Assembly: GCF_964204645.1 (NCBI RefSeq)
Contig: NC_134029.1
Coordinates: 12,612,850-12,676,849, forward strand
Reading direction: 5' to 3'
DNA from: Tubulanus polymorphus
Lineage: Eukaryota > Animalia > Nemertea
DNA: 64,000 bases
Both the position numbers and the translations under genes were made by a program. The notes below the pieces were generated by a model. The model was not told where the DNA came from, ran no database searches, and saw only the letters and a program-made list of their open reading frames with translations. This document shows positions 50,251-61,132 of this stretch, piece by piece; position 1 is the first letter of the stretch, and each line of letters opens with the position of its first letter.

Positions 50251-52712
50251 CTAAACCACTTCGCCTAAAATTTGATGACGCTGGCGCGGTGTATTGGTAT
50301 CCTGCCATAATTCAGATATGACATGCTTATCTGTTAGCGGAGGGCGAGATAATAGGATAGCTCTATTCTGATGAATAAGGACAAAGTGAGCTGAAAACGT
50401 AACTTTCGAATAAATGATACGGCGCGCGTGGAGGGCTTGAAAGAATGATAGGCGCAACTTAGTAGGAACGGCGTAAACGATATCATTGATTCTGTTTTGT
50501 ACCAAGAAATTACTCCAGACCGCAAGCAGTTTATAATTAGGGCCGCTAGAGACTGTTAGATCGGTTATTTTCGGTGTGGTAATATGTAGGAAAGTAGGAC
50601 AAAGTACAAAATTCAATATAGGAATATGTATACAAGATGACGTATTTGACAACTCTAAGACAAGCGTAGTATGAGGTCTATATATAAATGTCATATGCAG
50701 TTTCCGAATAACCGTAATAATACCAATCAGTAGCAAAAGTGCACACAGGCCATAAAGCGCATATTGAACAAGAGTGTGTACATCTATAGCAAGAGTGTTA
50801 GAAGTGGTTTCAATTACTCGACCTTTGAAGTGAAATTCAGGAATATCTGTGGCCGCTTTAGCCGAATGAAAATTTTGTAGAACAGCTATGGCCGTGGCCA
50901 TGGATCGTAACCGGAACTGCTGGTAGACTACAATCAAAAATAAAACACCGACGCAACCAAGCGCTGCCGAAGCGATGTAAGTGTCCCAGCCCTGACCAGA
51001 CATGTCTATAGCAATGTCACCTGAGGCGAAGGAGTCAGCTAAAGTTTTGTATATATTATTATCCGAGTTTATAGCTTTGGCTATACGTTTCAGACTCAAG
51101 TGTTCAGATTTATCATTAGCTAGCAGCGAAGTCATTGAATGATTGTAAATATTAAACTCGGGAGGTGTGAACACCATAGGTTTATCGTATCGCGTATTAG
51201 CATAAATAGTCTGATGTAGCGTTTCGTCGAAAAAAGATTGTATGACTGCTAAATTGATCGGATGAATCTTAGTTATGTTAGATTTAGGACGACAAGCATT
51301 TAAGCGCGGTCTAAGTTGTAAAGCCTGAGTGTGAACTCGACACAGACATGGAATATGTAGCATACAAAAATTGCAGCCTTTAAGTTGTTTTTCTGATTTA
51401 TCACAAGACAAGCGTATAGACGGAATTTTATAAACGAGCAGTTCCGAAGGATTAAGTTCCATAATAAGTGGTTTTACATTGGATAATTGTACCCGAAAGT
51501 CACAGAGATCAAGGATCTTGGATTTGCGACCTATGAACAACAATGACGAACAAGATAATTCGGTAAAAGACGTGAGCGCTTTGTTTAGCGGGCATTGATA
51601 AGCTGAGCCTATTTTAGTACATGATTGTAAATCCGATGATGAGAAATCTGAATAAAACTGTAAATCTTTGGAGGCGATAAAGTAAGGAGGCAGATCTAGT
51701 AGCTGCGTGGAATGATCCGAACTATCATTTATCGGAACCGGAAAAGAAGTAATTTTATATAGTTGTAGACTAGGTTCCAGTGACGTAATAGGAAACTTGA
51801 TACCGATAACAATAGCTGAGCCATTTCTAGTGAAGACGATCTCGGCCAAATCATAATAATATTGAGGATCCTTTTCTGCCAATATAAAACCATGGTAATC
51901 TGAAGCAAGTTCAGCATTAATCCTAAAAATGGTGTCTTTGATAATATTTTGCGGTATCAGAGCTGGAGATAATTTACCTCTAAGTAATTCGTATACAGCC
52001 TGCTTTATTTCAAGTAATTGTAATTCGGCCTGTTGACTTGCTTCGACATAATTGGTGTACAAGACATTAATTTCTTCGGATGCTTTGGTAAGTTCATTTG
52101 TTGTATCCTGGAAGCGTGTGTACAAATCGGATATTGCTTTGTGATTAGACTTGATACCCCTAAATGCTAGATCAGTACGTTTGGACGAGGTTGCCATATA
52201 CGAGGATAAATGCTTGCCATGGCGCTCAAATGTGGAAGCCATTTTTCGAGTGCGCTTATTGAGGGCATTGATGTGTTGTGCAAGGAGCTCTACATCATGA
52301 AGGGTGGCCGTGCCAAAAAGAGTACGCGAAAGCTGACCAATGAATCCTAAAATAGCAGTGCGACGGCTTCGAGACTTTCCCATAGGTTTAGCCTGTACAG
52401 GGACCAAGTCCTGTATCAACTTATCTGTATGCTCGATGTGACTGTTTAACCTAGTCAGAAGCTCATTTAAATGAATGGCAGTTTTTCTTCTGAGGGAACA
52501 AACCGGACTCTCAGCGACACAATCTCCAAATACAGGCAAATTCATAGGTTCAGGCAACGAGAAGCTGAAAGTTTGAAGCCAAAATTCATTTTTCTGACCC
52601 ATTGTTCCCATATGTTGAAATATCACTCCATAATTCAATGGTTGTTCGAACGCGTGACTCGTATTGACGAAAGTAAAAACGACCAGGATAAAAAACAAAC
52701 GGACCAAGACAC
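50251..52712 (-). CDS. env: Env-like class I (F-type) fusion glycoprotein, probably from a spliced mRNA
   Basis: No ATG at the ORF start (GTG at 52791) but a strong acceptor ttttcttttccctcAG|GT at 52713/52712. Then a signal-peptide-like segment, furin site KSRSRR, fusion peptide TAILGFIGQLSRTLFGTAT, heptad region, Cys-rich domain, N-glycosylation sequons and two TM segments. Confidence 0.88.
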
Positions 52713-53077
52713 CTGAGGGAAAAGAAAAAAATATATATAAGGACAAGATAAGTAGGCGAAAAAGAGCGGTTGACGTCGGACCACTTAGCACAGTTGAACC
52801 CTACTAGTTCTTATACTAAATATAATGATTCAAATCCTACATGTCAAGGCACACATTTAAGTTTACGAGACACAAATATGGAGATAATGGGTTCAACATT
52901 GAAAAGGTCGAATCAGCCTGAATCGAAGTGTATATAATCAGTTTAATTTATTTTCGCAAATATGAGGTGTTAAATTTGATTGAATGGGAAGAAATTTACT
53001 TTTGATGATGTAGCCAAACAAATTAGGTTTATAATGAGCTGAGAGCACTGAGATTTAAGTCAAGTCAGCACTGAGAT

Positions 53078-56000
53078 TTAAGTTGTGGCTGTTCTTTTGA
53101 AACATGAGCGCTTTCTACGTTTACCATCTAGCGTATGTGTACGGAAGTATTCCCGTTTTGCGTCCTCATTCAAATCGGTATCGGAAACCCAGGAAGGTTT
53201 GGAACCACACGACCACTTAACATAGAAAAGCCTTTTGCCTTGCGCGTGCTTCATTCTAAGAATTTTATCGATGTTGTAATAAGTATCATCGGGTTGTGAC
53301 ACTGCTTGATTAGCCTTTACAACTGTACTCTTAGGTTCAGAATTCTTAACAGTTGGCTTTCTAACTGGAGGCAACTGTTCTTTCGGTTGTGTTTGTTTAC
53401 TATCATCATCCTTAGACAAAGACTTATGTGGTTTGTCAGGCTCATTTCGCAGACTAGGATAATCCTGCCTGTCAAAATACGGTTTTAAACGCGCAGCATT
53501 GACTGGCGATGGATGATGTTTGTCATCAAAGCACAATCGCAGTCTGTAAGTGAAATTCTTACCGACATGAGATATATAATAAGGCCCTACAAACTTGTTA
53601 GTGAGCTTACGCGATCGACCTTTAGCTACTTTTTCGTTCTTAAGCAACACTTTGTCACCTAATTTATATCTCGGTTCTTGAACTTTTCTGTCATAAAGTC
53701 TCTTGTTCTTAGCCTGCGCTGCCGCATTTTGCTTATTCGCTATCGACTTAACCATTTCTAATTGCGTCTTGAGTTTGTCAATGTGTTCTGTTACAGGTTT
53801 AGGCAGATTTTCTTTTGGAATCAAAGATGTATCTATAGGCAATGGCATCTGTTTGCCGAAAACTACATGATATGGCGCAAAACCAGTTGAGGCATTAGGC
53901 GAAGCTCTCAGAGCCATTAACACACTGGGTAGAATCTGAGGCCAGTCAGATTGATCCTCTTTGATATGAGCACGGAAGATCTGACCTATCGATCGATTGG
54001 TTCGTTCGCATGCACTATTTGTTTGAGGATGATAGCTGGAAGTGGCCGTGCGAGTGACCTGAAACAACTCACAGACAGACGAGACGAGACTAGACATAAA
54101 ATTTCTACCACGATCTGATACTAGGGAGCGTGGAGCGCCGTATCTGGAGAATATTTCGTTGTATAGTACCTTAGCTACTTCCGATGCTTCTTGAGATTTA
54201 AGTGCAAAGGCTTCACACCACCTAGAATAACTGTCAACTAAAAGCAAGATATGTTTCTCACCAGAGGGAGCCTCTGTCAAAGGTCCTAGAAAGTCCATAT
54301 GCCACCGCACAAAAGTATCCTCTACCGGCATGTTCGTTAATGGCGGTGGTTTATGATGGGTACTTGATTTTGCTGTTTGACAACGGTCACACGACTGCAC
54401 ATATTGAGTTACATCGCGGAACATATACTGCCAGTAATATTTATGACGCATTTTATTGTATGTTTTCTGTATACCATTATGCCCTCCACCTGCTTTACAG
54501 TCGTGGTAGGATAGCAGGACATCCTGCCGCATGGCTTTAGGAACAACTAACACTGGAAGTGCATCTGGGAAATCCCGAGATTTAGGAAAATTCCTATACA
54601 ATAGACCGTCATAAATATGGAAAGAATCAGCGTGTGCTATCAAGCGCTGGGCTCCAGACTTGTCTTGAGGAAGCGCACCTGACTCTAAATAATCAATTAA
54701 GGGTCTGCATTCGAGGCATGAACGTTGAAGGTTTTGTAAATCAACACTATCCAAAGCATTGACACAGATCGGCAAACTGGTGTTCTCAGACGCATAAGTG
54801 AACTCAAACTCGAGCGTCTCACGAACTGCAGTTGAAGCAACATTGCTAGGCGAAGGGAAATCATCATGATCTGAATCATCGACAATATCAGGATATGGCC
54901 TACGAGAGACTATGTCCGCATTTACATTCTTCTTCCCAGGCCTGTGTACAATGTTAAATTCGTAAGCCTGTAACTTAGTTGCCCACCGCGCTACACGGGT
55001 ATTTTGATCCTTTGCTTTACTGATATAGGTTAGAGACATGTGATCGGTGTATATAGTAAACGGTTTATTTGATAGATATTCTCGATATGTATCGATACCA
55101 ACTACAATCGCGAGCCCTTCCTTATCTCTCGTATCCCAACGCCGTTGTGTAGGTGAGAGGGATTTTCCTCCATATGCAATGACACGTTCATGTCCCGCAT
55201 CATCTCGCTGACCCAAAATGTAACTGATAGCTGTATCCGAAGCATCCATACAAAGGAAAAATTCTTTGTTGGGATCAGGATAAGCTAAGATAGGCGGCGA
55301 AACTAAATGAGTTTTCAGCTCCAGAAAGGCTGCTTGATGGTCCGTAGTCCAAACAAACTTACTGTCTTTCTCTAGAAGCGGAGTGAGCCGAGTTGTTATG
55401 AGCGAATAGTTTTGAACAAATCGCCTATAAAAATTGCAGAGTCCTAAGAACGCGCGTAATTCTGTCTTGGTAGTGGGTGCTGGGAATGAATTTATCACCT
55501 CGCACTTGGCAGGATCAGCCTCTACCCCTTTATCAGAAAATATGTATCCTAGAAAATGTACTCGACTTTGCGCAAACTTGCATTTCGATGGCTTCAACGT
55601 TAAATTAGCTACTCTGAGTCTATCAAAAATTAATCTTAAATGTTCTAAATGCTCCTCAAACGATTTCGAGTAGACTAGAATGTCGTCCACATAGACTAAA
55701 CAGAAGGACCAATGAAATCCTCGCAATACCTCATTCATAGTCATTTGAAAAGTAGCCGGACTATTTTTCAACCCGAAAGGTAACCTCTTAAACATGTAAC
55801 AACCTGCCTGACTCACAAAACTACTTTTGTGCATGGTCTCGGGGTCGAGTTTAAGTTGCCAAAAACCCGAGGTCATATCAAGGCTTGAGAACAGAGTCAC
55901 GTTAGACTCACCAATTGAGTCAATTACGTCTGGAAGTGAAGGTAATGGAAACGCAACAGTTTTAGTAATACGATTCAATGCCCTATAGTCAACAGCAAAT

Positions 56001-57166
56001 CTATATTCGCCGTTTTTCTTTTTTACCATGACCACAGGGGATTGAAAGGGTGAATTTGAGGGTGCTATTATATCGGCTTGAAGCATTTCATTAATCTGTC
56101 TTTCCTCCTCCTTTCTCATCTCTGGAGGTTTCCGGTATGGGCCTTGAGTACACGGAGGATTATCCCCTGTATCAATTTTATGTTGACCCATACTTGTATG
56201 ACCTAGTTCATGCAAATTGGTTGAAAACCTATCACGATATTGTTCCAGAAGAGATTTTAATTTCGATTTTTGTTCTTCATTTAGATTCGAGTCTGATAAA
56301 TCAAATTCTATCGGGTCTACTGTAGGTTTCGAAGCCTCGGGTGCGAACTTCAGAAAATCGCTAGTATCATGAGGTGGTAGATTGACTGAAGAAACAGAAG
56401 CAGTACCCTGCCGATCTTCTAAGGGCGTAAAAGGACATGATTCATCCAAATGTGAGACATGTGCTATAACTGTACCTTTCTTGACCGAAATCGATTTTTT
56501 AGTAGGATTGATTAACCTCATACGGGATGAACCTTTCGTAACTTTCACAAGACACCTAGCTCCACTAAAATTATCATTAACTAATTCGGGCAATGGCGAA
56601 AGTAAAACTACCGAGTGATTTAAGAATTTAGGTATTTCTACAGGTATATCTATTTCTGATTTAGGTGGCAATCGGATATGACTTTTTGTTTTAGCGGTAG
56701 GTCCCTGTATTGTAATTGGTAACACATGGATTCCAGTGTCCTCATTCTGAATCAAAAAGCATTTATTTTTGAAATCTAATGTTCCGCCCTTTTCAGTCAT
56801 AAAATCCAAACCAATGATTAAATTATGATGCAGTTTATCGAAAACGTGAAACTTAAACGTTTGTGGATTATGAATCCCTGGAAACATTATGGGCAAATCA
56901 ATGACACCAGCTACGGGAATATGCTCACCACCCACGCCGACAACTTGCTGAATATTTGAGGGATTTAGCTTACAGTTAGCATACTTAGTTTTGTTTAAGA
57001 AATTTCTAGATATACAACTTATACTGGCTCCACTGTCTAGTAATGCTCCTACACGTTGATTACCTATAAACACCATGGTGACATTACGCTCTAAATGAGC
57101 CACCAATGCGATGTCGGCTTGAGGGTGCCCATCCAAAAATTCAGTTTCCTGGACAGGCGCGAATTC
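53078..57166 (-). CDS. pol: Pol polyprotein: protease, RT, RNase H, integrase, chromodomain
   Basis: LLDSGA, LPFGLKNSP, YVDD, DAS/YTDH, H..H..CDRC, WHMDF/SDRG/ERTN, GPY, and YNIDKIL..FYVKW..PSWV. In frame with gag right after its TAG. Confidence 0.97.
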   Translation of the reverse strand, partial: EFAPVQETEFLDGHPQADIALVAHLERNVTMVFIGNQRVGALLDSGASISCISRNFLNKTKYANCKLNPSNIQQVVGVGGEHIPVAGVIDLPIMFPGIHNPQTFKFHVFDKLHHNLIIGLDFMTEKGGTLDFKNKCFLIQNEDTGIHVLPITIQGPTAKTKSHIRLPPKSEIDIPVEIPKFLNHSVVLLSPLPELVNDNFSGARCLVKVTKGSSRMRLINPTKKSISVKKGTVIAHVSHLDESCPFTPLEDRQGTASVSSVNLPPHDTSDFLKFAPEASKPTVDPIEFDLSDSNLNEEQKSKLKSLLEQYRDRFSTNLHELGHTSMGQHKIDTGDNPPCTQGPYRKPPEMRKEEERQINEMLQADIIAPSNSPFQSPVVMVKKKNGEYRFAVDYRALNRITKTVAFPLPSLPDVIDSIGESNVTLFSSLDMTSGFWQLKLDPETMHKSSFVSQAGCYMFKRLPFGLKNSPATFQMTMNEVLRGFHWSFCLVYVDDILVYSKSFEEHLEHLRLIFDRLRVANLTLKPSKCKFAQSRVHFLGYIFSDKGVEADPAKCEVINSFPAPTTKTELRAFLGLCNFYRRFVQNYSLITTRLTPLLEKDSKFVWTTDHQAAFLELKTHLVSPPILAYPDPNKEFFLCMDASDTAISYILGQRDDAGHERVIAYGGKSLSPTQRRWDTRDKEGLAIVVGIDTYREYLSNKPFTIYTDHMSLTYISKAKDQNTRVARWATKLQAYEFNIVHRPGKKNVNADIVSRRPYPDIVDDSDHDDFPSPSNVASTAVRETLEFEFTYASENTSLPICVNALDSVDLQNLQRSCLECRPLIDYLESGALPQDKSGAQRLIAHADSFHIYDGLLYRNFPKSRDFPDALPVLVVPKAMRQDVLLSYHDCKAGGGHNGIQKTYNKMRHKYYWQYMFRDVTQYVQSCDRCQTAKSSTHHKPPPLTNMPVEDTFVRWHMDFLGPLTEAPSGEKHILLLVDSYSRWCEAFALKSQEASEVAKVLYNEIFSRYGAPRSLVSDRGRNFMSSLVSSVCELFQVTRTATSSYHPQTNSACERTNRSIGQIFRAHIKEDQSDWPQILPSVLMALRASPNASTGFAPYHVVFGKQMPLPIDTSLIPKENLPKPVTEHIDKLKTQLEMVKSIANKQNAAAQAKNKRLYDRKVQEPRYKLGDKVLLKNEKVAKGRSRKLTNKFVGPYYISHVGKNFTYRLRLCFDDKHHPSPVNAARLKPYFDRQDYPSLRNEPDKPHKSLSKDDDSKQTQPKEQLPPVRKPTVKNSEPKSTVVKANQAVSQPDDTYYNIDKILRMKHAQGKRLFYVKWSCGSKPSWVSDTDLNEDAKREYFRTHTLDGKRRKRSCFKRTATT

Positions 57167-57169
57167 CTA
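57127..57169 (-). promoter_or_regulatory. Putative gag-pol stop-codon readthrough signal
   Basis: UAG, spacer GAAUUCGC, then GCCUGUCCAGGAA-ACUGAA-UUUUUGGAUGGGC (13-bp stem including G-U pairs). Confidence 0.75.
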
Positions 57170-58210
57170 TGCGTGATACGAATTGCTATACGATTTTATA
57201 CAAACTTTTTCTAAGTGACCTGGCTTTCTACATTTCGTACAAAAATGATCTTGAGCAGAACACTCTGATCGAAGCCTGCATTGGCCACCACAATAAAAAC
57301 ACCTACCATAACGGTCCTTCTTTACAGGATAATCGTTTGGTCGCCTGCGTGATGAGTTTTCATGGCTGTACGCACGTCGTGGATTGACCTGCGGATTACT
57401 GTGTTGACGCTGGTAGTAGTCGTCTCTCCGTAACTGCATTCCGTCGATGCGCTTTTCGAGGCTACAGATCATATTTACGATATGATTGAACTCCTCCTTG
57501 TTTGTCTGACTAGTTGCTGCTACTGCTGCAGTAGGCTGTGTAGCCATAGTCGCTTCCAATCGTAAGGCTATTGCCCTAAGCTCCAGCAACGATTTTGGCG
57601 GGTTTACTACGACATAAGGTCTGAGCTTCTCGTTTAACCCATTTATCGCAAGATGCACCACCTCTCTGGTTCCACAGGACGATTCAGTAGCGGCTTTTTC
57701 CACGCGGTCTAGATAAGCCTTAGTGGATTCACCACTGTCTTGTCGCATACCCGACAATAGCACATCCATCACGGGCCGATACCGTGATTGCAGAGTTTCT
57801 TTAAGCACATCAATATCCTCCTGGTCACTATCTGATAGTGCGCTTATCACAGTTTCAACCGACGGAGATAAATTTGAAATTAAGTAATATGGTTGTAACG
57901 ACACTGGGACCTGATTGTGTTTGGCCCATCGTTCAAACTGACGCAACCAAGCGTCCACGTTTCCCACTCCGTCAAATTTTGACACATTCTGTTTGATATT
58001 AATCCTAGGACTAGAATCCACACTTTGCTGAGTATTCAGCATCGCGGCCGCCGTAGTGTTTATATCTCCTTGTGTACTGGTGGTGCTCATATCGTCTCGA
58101 GCACTTTCGTTGTCAATTTCAGATACAAGTTCTCGTTGTGGATGACCTGTTATAGGTGTGTTGGATCTACCACGAAGTTGGTAGTCTCTATGGTTTCCTG
58201 GTTGTGGCAT
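57167..58210 (-). CDS. gag: Gag with capsid-like domain and two Cys-rich knuckles
   Basis: KFDG..WLRQFE, RQDSGES..YLDRV, GL...LR, CFYCGGQC..C and CTKCRKPGHLEKVC. ATG lies 12 nt after the PBS core. Confidence 0.93.
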   Translation of the reverse strand: MPQPGNHRDYQLRGRSNTPITGHPQRELVSEIDNESARDDMSTTSTQGDINTTAAAMLNTQQSVDSSPRINIKQNVSKFDGVGNVDAWLRQFERWAKHNQVPVSLQPYYLISNLSPSVETVISALSDSDQEDIDVLKETLQSRYRPVMDVLLSGMRQDSGESTKAYLDRVEKAATESSCGTREVVHLAINGLNEKLRPYVVVNPPKSLLELRAIALRLEATMATQPTAAVAATSQTNKEEFNHIVNMICSLEKRIDGMQLRRDDYYQRQHSNPQVNPRRAYSHENSSRRRPNDYPVKKDRYGRCFYCGGQCRLRSECSAQDHFCTKCRKPGHLEKVCIKSYSNSYHA

Positions 58211-58222
58211 CAGAATCGGACG

Positions 58223-58232
58223 TTCTCCACCA
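58223..58232 (-). other. Gypsy primer-binding site (probably tRNA-Ala)
   Basis: TGGTGGAGAA, 2 nt from the LTR, complementary to ..UUCUCCACCA of tRNA-Ala. Only about 10 nt match confidently. Confidence 0.65.
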
Positions 58233-58234
58233 AT

Positions 58235-58832
58235 TGTAACGTCGTTAATATATTTGTGACTTTCTTAGTATCACTTGTGATAGGGGAAATCTAGCTAAGT
58301 AGAGCGACAACCAAAGAAACACGTAAACACCTGAAATTCCGAGAGGAGAAGCAATGTTAGTTTATTGAACCATCAGATGAAACTGACCATTTTCGGACAG
58401 TTCTCAACCTTGATGGTTTTGGCTCCTCCCCTTGGATCAGGGCACATACTCAAAATCTCATTGGCTAAGGGTCTCGTTACCCTGGCGATTTGTGTTGTGT
58501 TAGTTTGTGAGCACCAAACATTTGGAGTAATTATCAACGTATTGTCTTAAAGATTTGCTCGACTAGTTTTGTCGAGCTGTGAACAATATGTGTCCAGACA
58601 GTTCGTCTCTCTTTTAAAACAAAGGACAGATGTCATAAAGTTATATACGCTTTATACTAGATGTAACTTGAAAGAAATACACTTTCTAAAAAAATAATAA
58701 TTCAAGGAAATTGTCATCATAATTAGAAAGCTGAACTAACGCTGATTAAAACTATGTCCAATATGATGTATGTAACATATATAATTGATGAATAACGTAT
58801 AGAAATGAATTAGTAAAATAGAGCTTGTTATA
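58235..58832 (-). repeat. Gypsy 5' LTR (598 bp)
   Basis: Minus strand TATAACAAG...CGTTACA, containing Inr-like TCAGTT followed by AATAAA. Confidence 0.95.
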
Positions 58833-61132
58833 ACAGCCTACTTTTGACTGAAACCCGTATGTGATCGTGCGGGAACGCCTTTACTAAAGGTAAAACCATT
58901 TCATGATGACACGAAACATCGAACGGTAAACGGTAGGCTACAACCATGATACGATATCACCAATAAAGATAGATCATTTTAATTCAATTTTACCAGAGTT
59001 GTTTATTGGAGGAAAATTATCATTGTTAAGTACGCCGAGAACAACCATGTTGTATTATCGATTGTAAAATTCGATTCGGCTATATTCTAATATAAGTTTT
59101 CTTTTTAGGACGCCTTTCCCGCCTGCTGTGCACTCTTACGCACTCGGCAGAGATTCGCTTTGTAATGCGCGCCGGGAAAAAATACCTTTATTATCTTTTC
59201 CATGCGTTAAACAACAGTGATTGAATTTATGCGTTGTTTGTCGTAAATTGCAACACTTCAAAGGCCGTACCGTCGTGAGGTTAAATGAACAATCCAATAG
59301 GAATAGTCTTGGGAAACCAAGATCCAAACGATGTACGTAAAGCCAAACAAACAAAAAGACAAACAATCATCAGCCGGCCTCAGTGACACCAATGCCGGCA
59401 TCGCTCTCTTCGACGTTTTGCATGCGTACCTGCATCAGAGCTTGGAGCTCTAAGATCAGAGGGTCTTGCAATTGCATTCAGAAAAATCGTTCTGTTTTTG
59501 TTTTCATTATTCAGTGGGGCCTTACAGTTCATGCGTAAAAATCGGTTTTTGTATCCAAATCTTGATTGATATAAATATCTTGGCTGGGACATGGATGGAA
59601 AACATCAGAATAAACTAGTTTCATCTTTTTAACAGAATCGCATCAATGAGGTTTAACAGTACAAATAGCCTAGGCTAAATCGTTCGGCAGAAAATAAATT
59701 CATTTTCAGGAATAAAATCGTACTAGACAAATAGACCTTTAAATCTGTGGTCCTCCCAATCAACATCGTCATAGAAGATTTGCCGGCAGATGTAAAACAT
59801 TGTAACCACTTAATACCACAGTATAATCTACCAATGCTTCAAGGCCCACGGGCCTCTTGTGTTGATTGTCATAGTTAACATCATAAATAGCACCACCCGC
59901 GGGTTGATTATGAACTATACGCACAGAGTGAAAGAAAAATGGATGACAATTCCGCTAACTATTACGGCTAATTTGTGCTCCTTTTTTCAATAAGTCACTT
60001 CTCAGGTCGTTATATGTATACTTAAGTTTCTTCTGGTTAAAAAATCGTGGAAAGTACAATTTTGATGGCATTTGCCCTTTAATCATTCGTATGCTTAATG
60101 CACTACCCTTAAAGCTATTTCTAGCACACTCAAATGCAATTTCAGTAGTCTATGATTTCACTGCTAATGGGCGAATTGAACGGATTAAGCAAAAATATAT
60201 TTCGTAATCAGTTTTTTTTATGGTGCGCGAAGTTGAAAGCCGTGGGTTTCATATCTTTTTTTAGAAATTTACCAAAAAGTTTCAGAAATTCAATTTATTT
60301 GAGCAGATTTTTTTATGCAGCATCTTTAACTGTCCAAAATTACACATGTGAAAATTTAATGCTATTTGCGTCGGAAGAACTTCATATCGCCATGATCTGG
60401 CGCTTTGTTTGGAAGTAATTGGCTTTCAAAGATGAAACCACTCTAAATCTTGGTTATATAAAAGCTGGTGCGCTACACTTCATAAACAAAATGGTGGCAC
60501 AATTGAATAGGTTGATCATTTTTTTGCGTGAATACTGATTCTCAAGGCGTATGACATAATGATTTATGAAGTGCAATATGTTCGATGATTCATCTAGTCT
60601 TGATATCCCGTGCATAAGGTAACGTTGCATCAAGATATCTGACGAACATGTGGTTTCAAAATGCAGAAATTTACTTTAGTGTTCGCCACACGGCTGATTT
60701 ACTAATGATAGCATCGAATTGTAGAGTCTGATATATTTACAGGACTGGAATACTTGTTTTATCATCATTAATTGAAATCATTTTATTGACGTTCGCATCA
60801 GCGATACGTTTTCGAGTCTGATTATTTGTATTAGATTGTTAACTGCGGCACAGCAATGAGCAATCCTATCATGAATTTATCTAAAACCATGTCTTATGGT
60901 TAATTATGTTTCGTCATTAACCGGCACTGGCCTCAAATTTGAAGAACTTGGGAGCTTGTCCTGATTGGTCTGTATGATAATGAAAAACCTGAAAGGGTTA
61001 AGAAAGGGATGTATTATACCCGTGACCGGTATTTTTGATCAGCCAATTATGACGCAATTGGCGGCCATCTTGGTTTCATCAGTACTCATTCGTAGGTGGG
61101 AAAAAGTTTTTCCACATTATATTGATACTTAA

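Larger units (their letters stand above)
48629..58832 (-). mobile_element. Intact env-bearing Ty3/gypsy LTR retrotransposon (endogenous retrovirus-like)
   Basis: Paired LTRs, 4-bp TSD ACAG (48625-48628, 58833-58836), PBS, PPT, and open gag, pol and env. Confidence 0.97.

Noticed and set aside
57140-57155. GGAAAC-TGA as a -1 frameshift site
   Set aside because: It lies after the gag stop, and the shifted frame closes quickly. Pol is already in frame with gag.
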